A stretch of 55,965 nt of DNA, from positions 1 to 55,965 of the IMG/VR virus record IMGVR_UViG_3300033149_001514, one strand, 5' to 3'. The notes below the pieces were generated by a model. It worked only from the letters and a program-made list of their open reading frames with translations, searched no databases and was not told where the DNA came from. Position numbers and translations under genes: made by a program. This DNA is from a virus. Lineage: Duplodnaviria > Caudoviricetes. Below are positions 37,695 to 47,936 of the stretch, one piece after another; the stretch's first letter is position 1, and each line of letters opens with the position of its first letter.

Positions 37695-38864
37695 ATGAGA
37701 ATACTTTTTTGGACAAATGCGCCGTTCACTCACACGGGATACGGCAATCAGGTCAAGCAAATTCTGCCTAGAATGCAGAAACTTGGTCACACTGTTGGAG
37801 TCGTGGCTAATTTTGGCTTGGCAGGCAACAGTATAAATTGGCGGGGTATACCAATTTATCCCCTCAAAGAGCAAAGACAGAATAAAGACGTACTTGGTCA
37901 TTATGTCCGGCATTTTGATGCGGATATTGTCATAAGCCTTTATGATATTTGGAGTTTGCCCGCTAATACAAAAAACCTAATAGGCGTGCCTTGGATTGCT
38001 ATGTGTCCGGTGGACGGCGTGCCTGTTTCTAAGCCTATGCTGGACAGGCTAAATCAAGTAGATTATGTGGTTTCGTATTCTAAATTTGCTTACGAAGAAT
38101 TATTGAAAGCAGGCGTATCAAGCACCTATATTCCGCACGGCATAGATGATAGCATTTTCACTACTACCGACACGGACAAATCGTTACTGCGCAGAGCTAT
38201 GGGGATGCCGGAAGATGTTTTCCTTATCACCACTGTTGGGGCAAATAAGGGCTTTCCCCCGAGAAAGAGCTGGCCGGAAATGTTCGCTGGCTACAAAAAA
38301 TTCCTAGAGCAATATCCCGAAAGCTTGTGGTATTTGCACACGACTAAAAGACCGCTTGGTTCTGGCGGGGAAGGAATGTATATGGATGCGCTTGAAAAAG
38401 GCGTTTTGAGAAGCGGGCTACCGCCCTACAAGATTGCCTATCCTGACGACCAAGGCACAGCAGTAGGAGTGCCAGATGAAGCTATGGCTAAGGTTTATCA
38501 GGCGTCCGATGTAATGTTATTGGCGAGCAGGGGTGAAGGTTTTGGACTGCCTGTTCTTGAAGCCCAAGCGTGCGGATGCCCTGTTATTACTACTGATTGC
38601 TCTGCTATGTCGGAGTTAACCGTCAATGGGGTAAAGATACCGCCCCTTCAACCTCAATGGATTGCACAGCTTGGATATTATTGGCAGATACCCCCAATTT
38701 TGGGTATCGCTAATGCGCTGGAAGAAGTATTCAAGTGGACCGAAAAAACCCGAGAGGAAAACCAAGCAAAGGGTCTAGAATTCGCAAAGCAGTATGCGTA
38801 TGATAAAGTCTTTGACGATTACTGGATTCCTTTCCTCGACCACGTGGAGGAAACATTATGGTAA
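37695..38864 (+). CDS. GT4-family (GT-B) glycosyltransferase
   Basis: TGYG, IPHGID, RK, SRGEGFGLPVLEAQACGCPVI. Confidence 0.9.
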   Translation: MRILFWTNAPFTHTGYGNQVKQILPRMQKLGHTVGVVANFGLAGNSINWRGIPIYPLKEQRQNKDVLGHYVRHFDADIVISLYDIWSLPANTKNLIGVPWIAMCPVDGVPVSKPMLDRLNQVDYVVSYSKFAYEELLKAGVSSTYIPHGIDDSIFTTTDTDKSLLRRAMGMPEDVFLITTVGANKGFPPRKSWPEMFAGYKKFLEQYPESLWYLHTTKRPLGSGGEGMYMDALEKGVLRSGLPPYKIAYPDDQGTAVGVPDEAMAKVYQASDVMLLASRGEGFGLPVLEAQACGCPVITTDCSAMSELTVNGVKIPPLQPQWIAQLGYYWQIPPILGIANALEEVFKWTEKTREENQAKGLEFAKQYAYDKVFDDYWIPFLDHVEETLW

Positions 38865-39673
38865 AGAAGATTGGCTGGTTACAGCAACAACTTGATATAA
38901 CTGGCGGGGCTGAAATGTCCACTGGTGCTTTGATAAAACACGCACCCGACTGGGCTGAAATTGTTTACTGTCCGCCCAACAAAAGACCCAATACCGAAGA
39001 ACTGGATTGCTTTGTTATTCAAAATTCCACCAATTATAGCAGTTCGTGGATTGAAGAATTAAGCATGAAGCCCGTTATACGTCATGTTAGAGACCCTTGG
39101 CTTGCGGGTTCTGCACTGTTGAGAAGGTGGCTACTACAAAATTCAAAGCTGATGATTTTTTCAAGCCCAACTCAATATAAGCATTTGGGATATGAGGTCA
39201 AAGTGCCTTATAAGTTTATCCCCCCACCTGTTCCTCTTGATGATTTCAAGGCTCATTCAAAACCCGAAGAAGAAAGGCGGGGAACTGTATGTGTAGGTCG
39301 CTTTGATGTTTATAAGGGGGCTATGTATATCATTGATTGGGCTTTGGCTAGCAAAGAACCGCTAACAGTGGTCGGGAACAATAATTACATGAACTTTGGC
39401 AGATTGCCTTCCGGTATAAATTTTGTGGGCGAGGTGGGCTATAAGTTCATGCCTGAAATTTTGGGTAGTCATAAAAACTATATTGCTATGCCTATGTGGG
39501 TAGAAGCCTTTGGGCGTTCCGTAGTAGAAGCATGGGCGGCTGGATGCAATCTAATTCTCGGTGGTCGCATTGGCGCACAGTGGTGGATTGAAAACGAACC
39601 AGAGCGTCTAGGGTACATGAACCCGATAAAAGAGTTCTGGGAAGCGGTTGAAGAAGTCTTAGGGGGTAGTTAG
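38858..39673 (+). CDS. GT4-like glycosyltransferase
   Basis: GGAE, VGRFDVYKG, EAFGRSVVEAWAAGC. Confidence 0.85.
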   Translation: MVKKIGWLQQQLDITGGAEMSTGALIKHAPDWAEIVYCPPNKRPNTEELDCFVIQNSTNYSSSWIEELSMKPVIRHVRDPWLAGSALLRRWLLQNSKLMIFSSPTQYKHLGYEVKVPYKFIPPPVPLDDFKAHSKPEEERRGTVCVGRFDVYKGAMYIIDWALASKEPLTVVGNNNYMNFGRLPSGINFVGEVGYKFMPEILGSHKNYIAMPMWVEAFGRSVVEAWAAGCNLILGGRIGAQWWIENEPERLGYMNPIKEFWEAVEEVLGGS

Positions 39674-39675
39674 GG

Positions 39676-40362
39676 ATGGTTATAAAACGAAATAGGGCTA
39701 TAGTTATACTTACAATACCCCGAAACGGTAGCTCCGCCCTAGGAGGCTCTTTGCAGGCAATGGGTTGTGACATGGGAAAAGGTTTTTTTCAACCCGCAGA
39801 CGCAAGGAACAAGAAAGGCTATTTTGAGGACATGAGGTTCAGGAAAATAAGCAACGACCTAACTGGACACCGATACAGCCTTTATCCCGTCAGCCATATA
39901 CCAACAGAGCACCAGAAGCTGATTTCCCAATTCCTTTTCAGGAACAAGGATAAGCCAGTATGGGGATTGAAAGATACCCGCATGGTTCTCTTATGGCATT
40001 TGCTGAAAAGGTCATTCGAGGAACTTTACGATGTGCGTCCTATTTTTATGGTCAGGTCGTGGAAAGATGTGGCTGACAGCCTCATGCGCCATTCTTATAC
40101 TGCTTACGGCGGCAGGCTGCGAATGAGCATGGCCGAAGCGACACGCTTGGCTGGAACTTGGAACTCTTACCTCATGGGTTGCTACGACCTATATGAAGGC
40201 GAGAAGTTTATTATCACTCATTACGAATTAATGCATAACACCGAAGAAACCTTGCAGAAGGTTTACGACTACGCCTTTGAGGGTTTTAAAAAACACGGCA
40301 ACGGTATCAAGCGAGCCGTTGAATTTATTGACCCAACCTTAACGAAGGGAGGTAGGGAATGA
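39676..40362 (+). CDS. Sulfotransferase-family protein
   Basis: PRNGSSAL, NKKGYFED, WGLKDTR, MVR...VADSL. Confidence 0.72.
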   Translation: MVIKRNRAIVILTIPRNGSSALGGSLQAMGCDMGKGFFQPADARNKKGYFEDMRFRKISNDLTGHRYSLYPVSHIPTEHQKLISQFLFRNKDKPVWGLKDTRMVLLWHLLKRSFEELYDVRPIFMVRSWKDVADSLMRHSYTAYGGRLRMSMAEATRLAGTWNSYLMGCYDLYEGEKFIITHYELMHNTEETLQKVYDYAFEGFKKHGNGIKRAVEFIDPTLTKGGRE

Positions 40363-40952
40363 ATATTGTAATGTGCACTCTGCAAAAATACAGGGAGCAA
40401 GCGGAAGCGTCTGCTCATCGTGCATTGGAGAATTGCGGGATTGATAATGTACGAGTTATAATAGCGGAGAACATGGAAGGGGAAGGATATGTAAAGGGAA
40501 TGAATAAAGCTCTAAGTCAAGTTCCAGAGGGAGAATATTTTGTATGTCTAAATGATGACAGTTTTCCCGAAACTGATAATTGGCTTGATATAATGCTTGC
40601 AGAAATGGAAAAACGGGCTATGATGAAGGTATGGTTCGCTGGACCATCTGGCGGGTGTAGAACTCCACCCCAATCTAATGGCAGAATAGGGGATAAACGC
40701 CGTCCCAAGCTAGTAAAGCATGTTGCAGGGTTTTGTATGCTCTGTCACCCGAATGTACTTGAAAAGGTCGGGCTAATGGACAATACTTTTTTGCATTATG
40801 CAGGAGAGATTGATTGGCAGTGGCGGGCAACAAAACATCACGGGGCTAAAGCCTTGTGGATACCATCGGTTTTCGTACAGCACCAAGTTCATGAACCGCA
40901 CCATGACTGGTGGCAACGAGACCATAGTCTATTAACGCAGAAGTGGAGGTAA
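40359..40952 (+). CDS. GT2-family glycosyltransferase
   Basis: GYVKGMN, LNDD, GFCML, VGLMD..F, EIDWQWR. Confidence 0.8.
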   Translation: MNIVMCTLQKYREQAEASAHRALENCGIDNVRVIIAENMEGEGYVKGMNKALSQVPEGEYFVCLNDDSFPETDNWLDIMLAEMEKRAMMKVWFAGPSGGCRTPPQSNGRIGDKRRPKLVKHVAGFCMLCHPNVLEKVGLMDNTFLHYAGEIDWQWRATKHHGAKALWIPSVFVQHQVHEPHHDWWQRDHSLLTQKWR

Positions 40953-40956
40953 TACC

Positions 40957-41418
40957 ATGACACGTCATCCAACTTTTGGTGCTACGCTTGGGGTAGATTG
41001 GCAGGGGGGAACGGCATACGTCACCATCGGTCAATGTCGGGATATTGGAGGGCCGAGTGTTTCGAGGAACGAAATCGAAGTGCCGGGCGACCATGACCAG
41101 CCCGACAACTATCTTATGTTTTTTGCAGGGTTGTCAAATGCGGGCGAATTGACTTTCCCCCTCAACCTTGACCCAAGCATGGACGCCCATGTAGGTTCGG
41201 AGGGAACAGGCTTGCTCGGCTCTTTTGAGAAGCAGTTCGATGGAACCGCTTTGCCAAGATGGCAGTATCAAAACGGAGCTATGCAGGGCGGCACTGCCAC
41301 CTTCGTGTTTAGAGGTTATCCGACAGCCTTTGAAATAGACATGGGGGCGGTAGAAGGAAGTATGTCTGCCGAGGTCACTATAAAGATTAGCGGAAAACCA
41401 ACCTTAACAGTCACATAA
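40957..41418 (+). CDS. Tail tube (major tail) protein
   Basis: IGGPSVSRNEIEV, GLSNAGELTF, VTIKISGKPT. Confidence 0.8.
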   Translation: MTRHPTFGATLGVDWQGGTAYVTIGQCRDIGGPSVSRNEIEVPGDHDQPDNYLMFFAGLSNAGELTFPLNLDPSMDAHVGSEGTGLLGSFEKQFDGTALPRWQYQNGAMQGGTATFVFRGYPTAFEIDMGAVEGSMSAEVTIKISGKPTLTVT

Positions 41419-41453
41419 TGAAAGTTCGGTATTAGAGCCGAAAGGAGTAATAC

Positions 41454-41816
41454 ATGAGCAACTATTTTACTCGTGATGAGTTACTAACCGCAGGATTGAT
41501 TACCAAAGAGGTCAAGTACAAAGGAAAGATGCTTTTAGTTCAGGAAATGCCAGCAGAAGCAGTTAATGAGTTTTTCAGCGAGGGAGTCATTAACATCGAA
41601 GGCGAAGATAATGTCGAGGTGGATTCTTCTCGAATGAATTTCATCAAAATTGCTTCTGTGTGCCTCATTGACCATGAAACTAAAAAGCCGCTCTTTACCG
41701 AGACAGAGTTGGGAAAACTCCCGTTTGCGTTAGTACAACTGGTCGCATCTACGGCTATGGAAATCACGGATTGGGGTTCAGGCGAACTTGACATTGAAGA
41801 AGCAAAAAAAGACTGA
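41454..41816 (+). CDS. Tail assembly chaperone (gpG-like)
   Basis: Between tail tube and tape measure; ends EEAKKD at a slippery site. Confidence 0.8.
   Translation: MSNYFTRDELLTAGLITKEVKYKGKMLLVQEMPAEAVNEFFSEGVINIEGEDNVEVDSSRMNFIKIASVCLIDHETKKPLFTETELGKLPFALVQLVASTAMEITDWGSGELDIEEAKKD
41804..41810 (+). other. Programmed -1 ribosomal frameshift site A AAA AAA
   Basis: The -1 frame is open (RLTPFRRFLFK) and continues into ORF 41843-42217. Confidence 0.8.
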
Positions 41817-41842
41817 CCCCTTTCCGTAGATTCCTATTCAAG

Positions 41843-42217
41843 TTGGCTCTGGAATTAGGTGTACCCAATCCTGACTATATTGCTCAAATGCCATTTAGAG
41901 TATACAGGGATTGGCAAGCCTACTTTCTGCTAGAGCCTTTTGGCGTGGAAAGGGGAGAATTAGCCAGAGGGTATGCCTACGCCCAACTAGCCGGACTTTG
42001 GGGAAAGCCCAAAGGAAAGCAAGGTTGGTCTCCCGAAGATTTCATACCGCCTTGGGATGAGATAGTTGCCAAGAAGGACGGGGTTGTAGACCCCGACACG
42101 CAGTTCAAAAAAATATTGGTATTGACCCGTCTGTATGGCGGAGAGGTGATAGACAGGCGTGCCGAAAATAGGAAAGACGATACAGGTCGCGACCTTGCGA
42201 GCGACCTTAATAGGTGA
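41843..42217 (+). CDS. gpT-like frameshift extension of the tail chaperone
   Basis: LALELG...WQAYFLLEPFG; no RBS of its own. Confidence 0.75.
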   Translation: MALELGVPNPDYIAQMPFRVYRDWQAYFLLEPFGVERGELARGYAYAQLAGLWGKPKGKQGWSPEDFIPPWDEIVAKKDGVVDPDTQFKKILVLTRLYGGEVIDRRAENRKDDTGRDLASDLNR

Positions 42218-44645
42218 TACCAAAAATTTCACTCAAAGCATGTCGCAAGCCAGCGGCATAGGTTGCAAGTTTGCCACAGGTCTTAGGAACATTGGCAAGG
42301 CGGCAACATTTGGATATGCTATAGCCGGAGCGGCAGCCGTTGCTTACGGTGCTAAAGCAATCCAGAACGCTATATCTGTTGAGACCGCATGGACTGGTGT
42401 AACCAAGACGGTTGATGGACTTGGCGGTTCTCTTGCGGACATAACCCCCGAAGGCAAGAAAGTGTATGACCAGTTCAGGGCGTTGGCGAAAGTAACGCCA
42501 CTGCCTATCGAAGACCTGATGGAGATAGGCGAACTCGCTGGTCAATTGGGCGTTGGTGCGTCTGAGGTTGTGGGCTTTACTGATATTATTGCCAAACTTG
42601 GTCTGACCACCAATTTGACCACCGATGAGGCGGCGAAACAGATTGCTCGGTTAAATGCTATCTATAAGGTGTTCGGCGAGGACATGGTATCGAATACCGA
42701 AAGCATAGGAAACGCCTTGGTGGCTTTGGGTAACAACTTTGCTACAACCGAAGGTGAAATAATGACCGCCACTCTCCGCATGGCTGGTATGGGGAGAACC
42801 GTAGGGTTGGCACAAGCAGACATTATGGGTCTTGCTACTGGTCTGTCCTCGCTCGGTATTCCGGCTGCTATGGGAACAACTGCTATCGGTAAAATGTTCC
42901 TTGAAATGCAGGGGTCTATTGTTGGTGCTAATACTCATTTGGGTTTATTCGCCCGAACCGCAGGAATGAGTACGAAGGAGTTCAAAGAATCCTTTGAAAA
43001 AAATGCTATGGGGTCAATGCTAAGTTTTATAAAAGGCATTGGCGAAGCCGGAAATAAAGGGGCTGTAATTCTCGAAAAGCTTAAGCTAGGCGGGTCTCGT
43101 ATGGCGCAGACCTTCCTCACCCTTGCGCAGAACCCCGAACAACTGGAACGGGCGATAAAACTGGCTAACGATGAATTTGCTCGTGGTAATGCCCTGCAAG
43201 TAGAAGCCGAAAAACGTTATCAAACGACAGCGGCACAGTGGGGAATGCTGAAAAACCGTATGCGTGATGCAAGTATATTGCTGGGTAATAAACTGCTTCC
43301 GTATCTTAATGATTTGATGGAAGCCTTTGGGGGTGTATGGTCAATTATTGTAGAGGGCGATTTTACTGGCGGGCTGGCTGGATTATTTGGCGAAAAAGCG
43401 GGAGCGGAAGATAGCCCGCTGGTTAATAAGCTATTTGCAATTCGCGAAGGTTTGCTCAACTTAAAAGAAAACATAAAAATATTTATTACGGAAACCCTGC
43501 CGCCACTCATTGAAAAATTCTTAGAGGTCAAGAACGCTATCATGGAATGGCTTTCCCCAATATTTGAGTTCATCGAACAGAACACCAGTTTTAAGGACGG
43601 GCTAATTGCTCTCGGTATAGCCATAGCCACCTTCGTCCTGCCTGCGTTGTGGGGTGTTTTGACTACAATGGGCGGGCTTATATTGATATTTGGTGCGGTA
43701 ATGGCGGTTGTAGCCCTACTCCGCAAGGTATGGGAGGAGCATGGGGATGTAATCAAAGAAAAAGCTATGATTGCTTGGGGCTGGCTACAAGATAATATTC
43801 CTCCCATTATTGAAAATATCAAAGCGAAAATTTTAGAATTCGTAGAAAAGGTCAAGGCGTGGTGGAATAAGCACGGCGAAGAAATCATATCCACAGCGCA
43901 AATGATGTGGGGAAGGATTTGGAGGACTATCAAGCTCTTTGTGAAATATATAGTGACAGTCGTTGAGTGGTTCGTAGATTTAGTGAAAGGGTTATGGGAA
44001 CGGCACGGAGAGAAAATTATTGGGCTGTTTTCTCGCACATGGGAGCGGGTGAAAAGGATTTTTAACTCGGTGATTACTTTTATCCAGAGCATCATAAAGG
44101 CTTTCATAGCAATATTTCAGGGAGATTGGGATGGAATGGCGTTCTACCTGCAAAATGCTTGGGCGGCACTATGGGATACTGTTAGAGAAATCCTTGAAGG
44201 GGCTTGGGATATCATCAAGACGGCTATTGGTGCGCTTATTACAGAGGTCGTTAGGATTTGGGAAGATACCGACTGGAAAGCACTTGGGCAAGGTATCATT
44301 GACGGCATTCTTGGCGGCTTAATAAAGACAGGCTACAAGATTAGCGATTGGCTTAAAGACATGGCTGGCAAGGCAGTTGATGCTGTGAAAGACTTCTTGG
44401 GTATTTCTTCCCCGTCTATGGTCTTTGCAACGGAAGTTGGCAAGCCAATCATGGAGGGTTGGGCTGAAGGGATGAGGCGCATGTCTCACCAACCCTTGCA
44501 GGTAGCCGCTGAGACAGCGGCTGGTTCCGTTGGTATGGCGAGAAACTTTAATGTTACCGTAGATGCTCATTACCAGAACCCACAGAGCGAGAGCAATGTG
44601 GCAAAAGATATAGAAACGATGGCTAGGCTATTAGGATATTTATAA
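42159..44645 (+). CDS. Tape measure protein
   Basis: 828 aa; TP901-like core (LGNNFATTEGEI); periodic Trp repeats; LGISSPS. Confidence 0.92.
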   Translation: MPKIGKTIQVATLRATLIGDTKNFTQSMSQASGIGCKFATGLRNIGKAATFGYAIAGAAAVAYGAKAIQNAISVETAWTGVTKTVDGLGGSLADITPEGKKVYDQFRALAKVTPLPIEDLMEIGELAGQLGVGASEVVGFTDIIAKLGLTTNLTTDEAAKQIARLNAIYKVFGEDMVSNTESIGNALVALGNNFATTEGEIMTATLRMAGMGRTVGLAQADIMGLATGLSSLGIPAAMGTTAIGKMFLEMQGSIVGANTHLGLFARTAGMSTKEFKESFEKNAMGSMLSFIKGIGEAGNKGAVILEKLKLGGSRMAQTFLTLAQNPEQLERAIKLANDEFARGNALQVEAEKRYQTTAAQWGMLKNRMRDASILLGNKLLPYLNDLMEAFGGVWSIIVEGDFTGGLAGLFGEKAGAEDSPLVNKLFAIREGLLNLKENIKIFITETLPPLIEKFLEVKNAIMEWLSPIFEFIEQNTSFKDGLIALGIAIATFVLPALWGVLTTMGGLILIFGAVMAVVALLRKVWEEHGDVIKEKAMIAWGWLQDNIPPIIENIKAKILEFVEKVKAWWNKHGEEIISTAQMMWGRIWRTIKLFVKYIVTVVEWFVDLVKGLWERHGEKIIGLFSRTWERVKRIFNSVITFIQSIIKAFIAIFQGDWDGMAFYLQNAWAALWDTVREILEGAWDIIKTAIGALITEVVRIWEDTDWKALGQGIIDGILGGLIKTGYKISDWLKDMAGKAVDAVKDFLGISSPSMVFATEVGKPIMEGWAEGMRRMSHQPLQVAAETAAGSVGMARNFNVTVDAHYQNPQSESNVAKDIETMARLLGYL

Positions 44646-45535
44646 TGGTTCAAGCACAGAAAATTACACTCCGAGTTATCAGGGGCGGTACGTCATACCT
44701 GATGACCGATTATGCTAGGCTCTATCAAGTCATGGGTGCTGGACTTGCTCCCCTTCACCGTATTCAGCAACGAGGCCCTTTACAGCATGGTATCACTGAC
44801 AGGGGTTTTCGGCTGGATGCCAGAAATTTAAGGTTGCTGTTTTACTTCACTCGAAAAGATGAAGCCTTTTTCAATAACCGAGAAATGCTTACCAGAATAT
44901 TTGCCCCTAGCGACAATCCTTTGACCTTGCGGTTTGACCTTGCCAACGGGGAACGAAGGCAGATTGAGGGTCACGCAAGGGCGCTGGATTTGAATACCGA
45001 CCCTTCGAGACCAACCTATCAGAATTTTGCGGTTGATATTATTTGCCCCGACCCAACTTTTTATGACCCAACAGATTTTATCATTACCCTTGAATCATCT
45101 TACTCTGGCACAGCCAACCAAGTTCCTATGCCAGTTCCTATGTTCGTGGGTTCTTCCGAGTTGGGAGCTTCGGAGGTCATATCCTATAACGGGTCATTCA
45201 GAGAGTTCCCTTATTTGATTAGAATTTACGGGCAGATTACAGACCCAATAGTTACCAACAACTCAACTGGCGAAGTGCTGGATTTTACAGGAACAACTAT
45301 TGCGGACGGGGATTATTATGACATTGATTTGCGATATTCATACAAGACGGTTAAGGACAATAACGGCGCAAATAAAATAGCAGACCTGACAGACGCAAGT
45401 GACTTGGCAACTTGGCATTTAGCAACTTCTGATGAAGTAATAGACGGGATTAACTCAATAACAGTCTCTGGAAGTAGCATTAATTCAAATGCCAAAGTTG
45501 TTATCAGGTATTATGAAAGATTTTTAGGTTGGTAA
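44645..45535 (+). CDS. Distal tail protein (Dit)
   Basis: Directly after TMP; CPDPTFY; GQITDP; GINSI. Confidence 0.75.
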   Translation: MVQAQKITLRVIRGGTSYLMTDYARLYQVMGAGLAPLHRIQQRGPLQHGITDRGFRLDARNLRLLFYFTRKDEAFFNNREMLTRIFAPSDNPLTLRFDLANGERRQIEGHARALDLNTDPSRPTYQNFAVDIICPDPTFYDPTDFIITLESSYSGTANQVPMPVPMFVGSSELGASEVISYNGSFREFPYLIRIYGQITDPIVTNNSTGEVLDFTGTTIADGDYYDIDLRYSYKTVKDNNGANKIADLTDASDLATWHLATSDEVIDGINSITVSGSSINSNAKVVIRYYERFLGW

Positions 45536-45545
45536 GGAGTTTATC

Positions 45546-47042
45546 ATGGCGCAAGACTCAATCCTTTGGACTACGAATGGAACGGGAGATGGGGCAAGTG
45601 GTGGGTATACCCAAGACGAGCTAACTCAATGGCAGGAATTACTATTCCAGCAAGGGGATAATCAGGGTGTATTAAAAGGCTTCCTGAACGGGTTGCAAGT
45701 GACCGCTTCGGGCGGGTCTGCCTCTCCTGTTACGATTGATACAGGCGGGGCTATCTGTAAAGGTTTCCCTTATTGGAATGATGCGGCGGGAACGAAAAAT
45801 ATTCCTACCCCCGCAGGCGACACACGCATTGACCGTATTGTTATTCAGGCTGATTGGTCTACGCAGGAAGTACGGTTTGCTCGTATTGCTGGCTCGGAAG
45901 GTGGTGCGGCCCCCGCCTTAACACAGACTGATAACACCAAGTGGGAAATTCCGTTGGCTCAATTAACTGTGACAACGGGTGGTGCTATTACGGTTACGGA
46001 TGAACGAGAGTTCTTGCGTTCAAACTTGGAGATTGGAACTGCTTTGTTGCAGGACAATTTCATTGACGGGCTTGACGGTGATATTCTTCCTATAACATGG
46101 AATCCAACTAATTACACTCCTTCCACAGCCCCCGCACAGGCTTCCGATGTAGACGACTTAACCGCACACCTTTACGGTATTGACCAAGAGCTTGCTACGG
46201 TGCTTGCTTCCGCTGGCACTCATGCGGCAAATCACCTCACTGGTGGCTCTGATGAACTGGACGGGGATAAACTGGATATTGACTGGAATCCATCGAACTA
46301 CACGCCATCTACTACGCCTTCCCAAGCCAATAGCGTAGACAATCTTACCGCTCATCTTTACGGTATTGACCAGAAGCTGGCACGGGGAATTGCTGACAAT
46401 TTGCTTCTGGAAGTAGATGCCTCTGCTGGCGCTCCCAACGATAATGAATGGGCTAGGTTTACAGCCAGTGGCATTGAGGGAAGAACAGACGCAGAATTAA
46501 TTTCAACTCTAACCGAGCGTATTCAAGATTTGGTTGGGGCAATGTTCTCTGGGAACACCGAAACCCGATGTACCGTAACTTATCAAGACGGTGACGGAAC
46601 GATTGATGTGGTCGTGGATTTGCAAGATGTAGTTTCTGATACGTCGCCTGCGCTCGGTGGCAACTTGGATGCGAATGATAAAGACATTCACAACATAAAG
46701 CAAGCCGACTTCAATATATATGACGCTGGCGTAAGCGGTACGGCTAAAGAAATTAACCTGAATAATGGTAATTACCAGAAACTCAAAATCACTGGTAATG
46801 CTTGTGACCTGACGTATGTGGATGCCCCCGATGCTGGCTCGTGGACAATTCGCTTGATTGGGGATGGTACGCAACGGACTAACATTGACGCCGACCATGA
46901 TAGTGACGCCGAATGGGCTGATGCGGGAGAAGCAGACAGCTATGGCTATGCCAATAACCAAGTCATCGGAATTCTTTTCATAGACTTTGACCCCAGCACT
47001 ACTCCAAAATATATCCTGTCTAGTGTATCGGTAGGTGCATAA
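45546..47042 (+). CDS. Tail fibre/baseplate protein with internal 44-aa duplication
   Basis: RIDRIV...EIPLA...TDER N-terminal module; LTAHLYGIDQ occurs twice. Confidence 0.7.
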   Translation: MAQDSILWTTNGTGDGASGGYTQDELTQWQELLFQQGDNQGVLKGFLNGLQVTASGGSASPVTIDTGGAICKGFPYWNDAAGTKNIPTPAGDTRIDRIVIQADWSTQEVRFARIAGSEGGAAPALTQTDNTKWEIPLAQLTVTTGGAITVTDEREFLRSNLEIGTALLQDNFIDGLDGDILPITWNPTNYTPSTAPAQASDVDDLTAHLYGIDQELATVLASAGTHAANHLTGGSDELDGDKLDIDWNPSNYTPSTTPSQANSVDNLTAHLYGIDQKLARGIADNLLLEVDASAGAPNDNEWARFTASGIEGRTDAELISTLTERIQDLVGAMFSGNTETRCTVTYQDGDGTIDVVVDLQDVVSDTSPALGGNLDANDKDIHNIKQADFNIYDAGVSGTAKEINLNNGNYQKLKITGNACDLTYVDAPDAGSWTIRLIGDGTQRTNIDADHDSDAEWADAGEADSYGYANNQVIGILFIDFDPSTTPKYILSSVSVGA

Positions 47043-47935
47043 TGGCTGGCGTGAAACCATCTAAAAGTAATTTTTTGTTCTGGCTTCCGATGCAAGAAGC
47101 GGGTGGCGGTATTCGTTATGACGCAACGGGAAATGGATATAACGCCATAGACCCGTCATGGGCTGGCTGGGGTCCGCCATTAAGAGCTTCTGGGCATGTT
47201 CAGCAATACTCGGCTGACTTTGAGGAATCCTCACTGCATAATATGTATATACCTGATGCTTCTTGGCAATCCGGGGATAGCGACAAGAGCTTTGGGGGCT
47301 GGTTCTATCTCGAAACTTTTAACGGGATTCTCATGTCCAAAGGCGGGAATGATGCCGAGGTCTGCAACTATATTATCTACAATGCTTCGTCTCGCATTTA
47401 TTTCATGTGCGGTGATGATGGAAGCGAGCCGAGCAGTGATGGAAAAGGGTATAACAGTAATTATCCTATGGTAGATACTAGCTGGTCTCCCTCAACTGGT
47501 ACTTGGTATTATGTTATTTGCCGACACGATGCGTCTGCGAATACCAGTTATATCAATATATGGAATACGGCTGGCTCTCAAATAGCATCTGACAGCACGC
47601 CTTTATATGCTACATGGTCAACCAATAATTCCGGCTACGGGATTTTCTTTGGGTCAAGCGGAAACCAGACTTACAGCACATGGCCGATTAGCGTAAACTC
47701 CGACCCGTTAGATGGACGATTGGAACAGTGGTTTATGTATAACGGTTTTCTTTCAACCGACAATATGACATGGCTCGTTAATGGAGGTATTGGGAGAACA
47801 TGGGCTGAAATAGCGGGAGCGGCAGGTAGAAAATTCCAGATGGGTAAATTGTTCTGGAAGAATTGGGAAAAGATTTTTAGACCAGAAAAGTCAAGAATAC
47901 TCACCTTGCCGGAGAGGGCGGTAGTGCCTATTTAA
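47042..47935 (+). CDS. LamG/concanavalin-like domain tail protein
   Basis: SFGGWF, WYYVI, LDGRLE; aromatic and Ser-rich. Confidence 0.65.
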   Translation: MAGVKPSKSNFLFWLPMQEAGGGIRYDATGNGYNAIDPSWAGWGPPLRASGHVQQYSADFEESSLHNMYIPDASWQSGDSDKSFGGWFYLETFNGILMSKGGNDAEVCNYIIYNASSRIYFMCGDDGSEPSSDGKGYNSNYPMVDTSWSPSTGTWYYVICRHDASANTSYINIWNTAGSQIASDSTPLYATWSTNNSGYGIFFGSSGNQTYSTWPISVNSDPLDGRLEQWFMYNGFLSTDNMTWLVNGGIGRTWAEIAGAAGRKFQMGKLFWKNWEKIFRPEKSRILTLPERAVVPI

Positions 47936-47936
47936 T

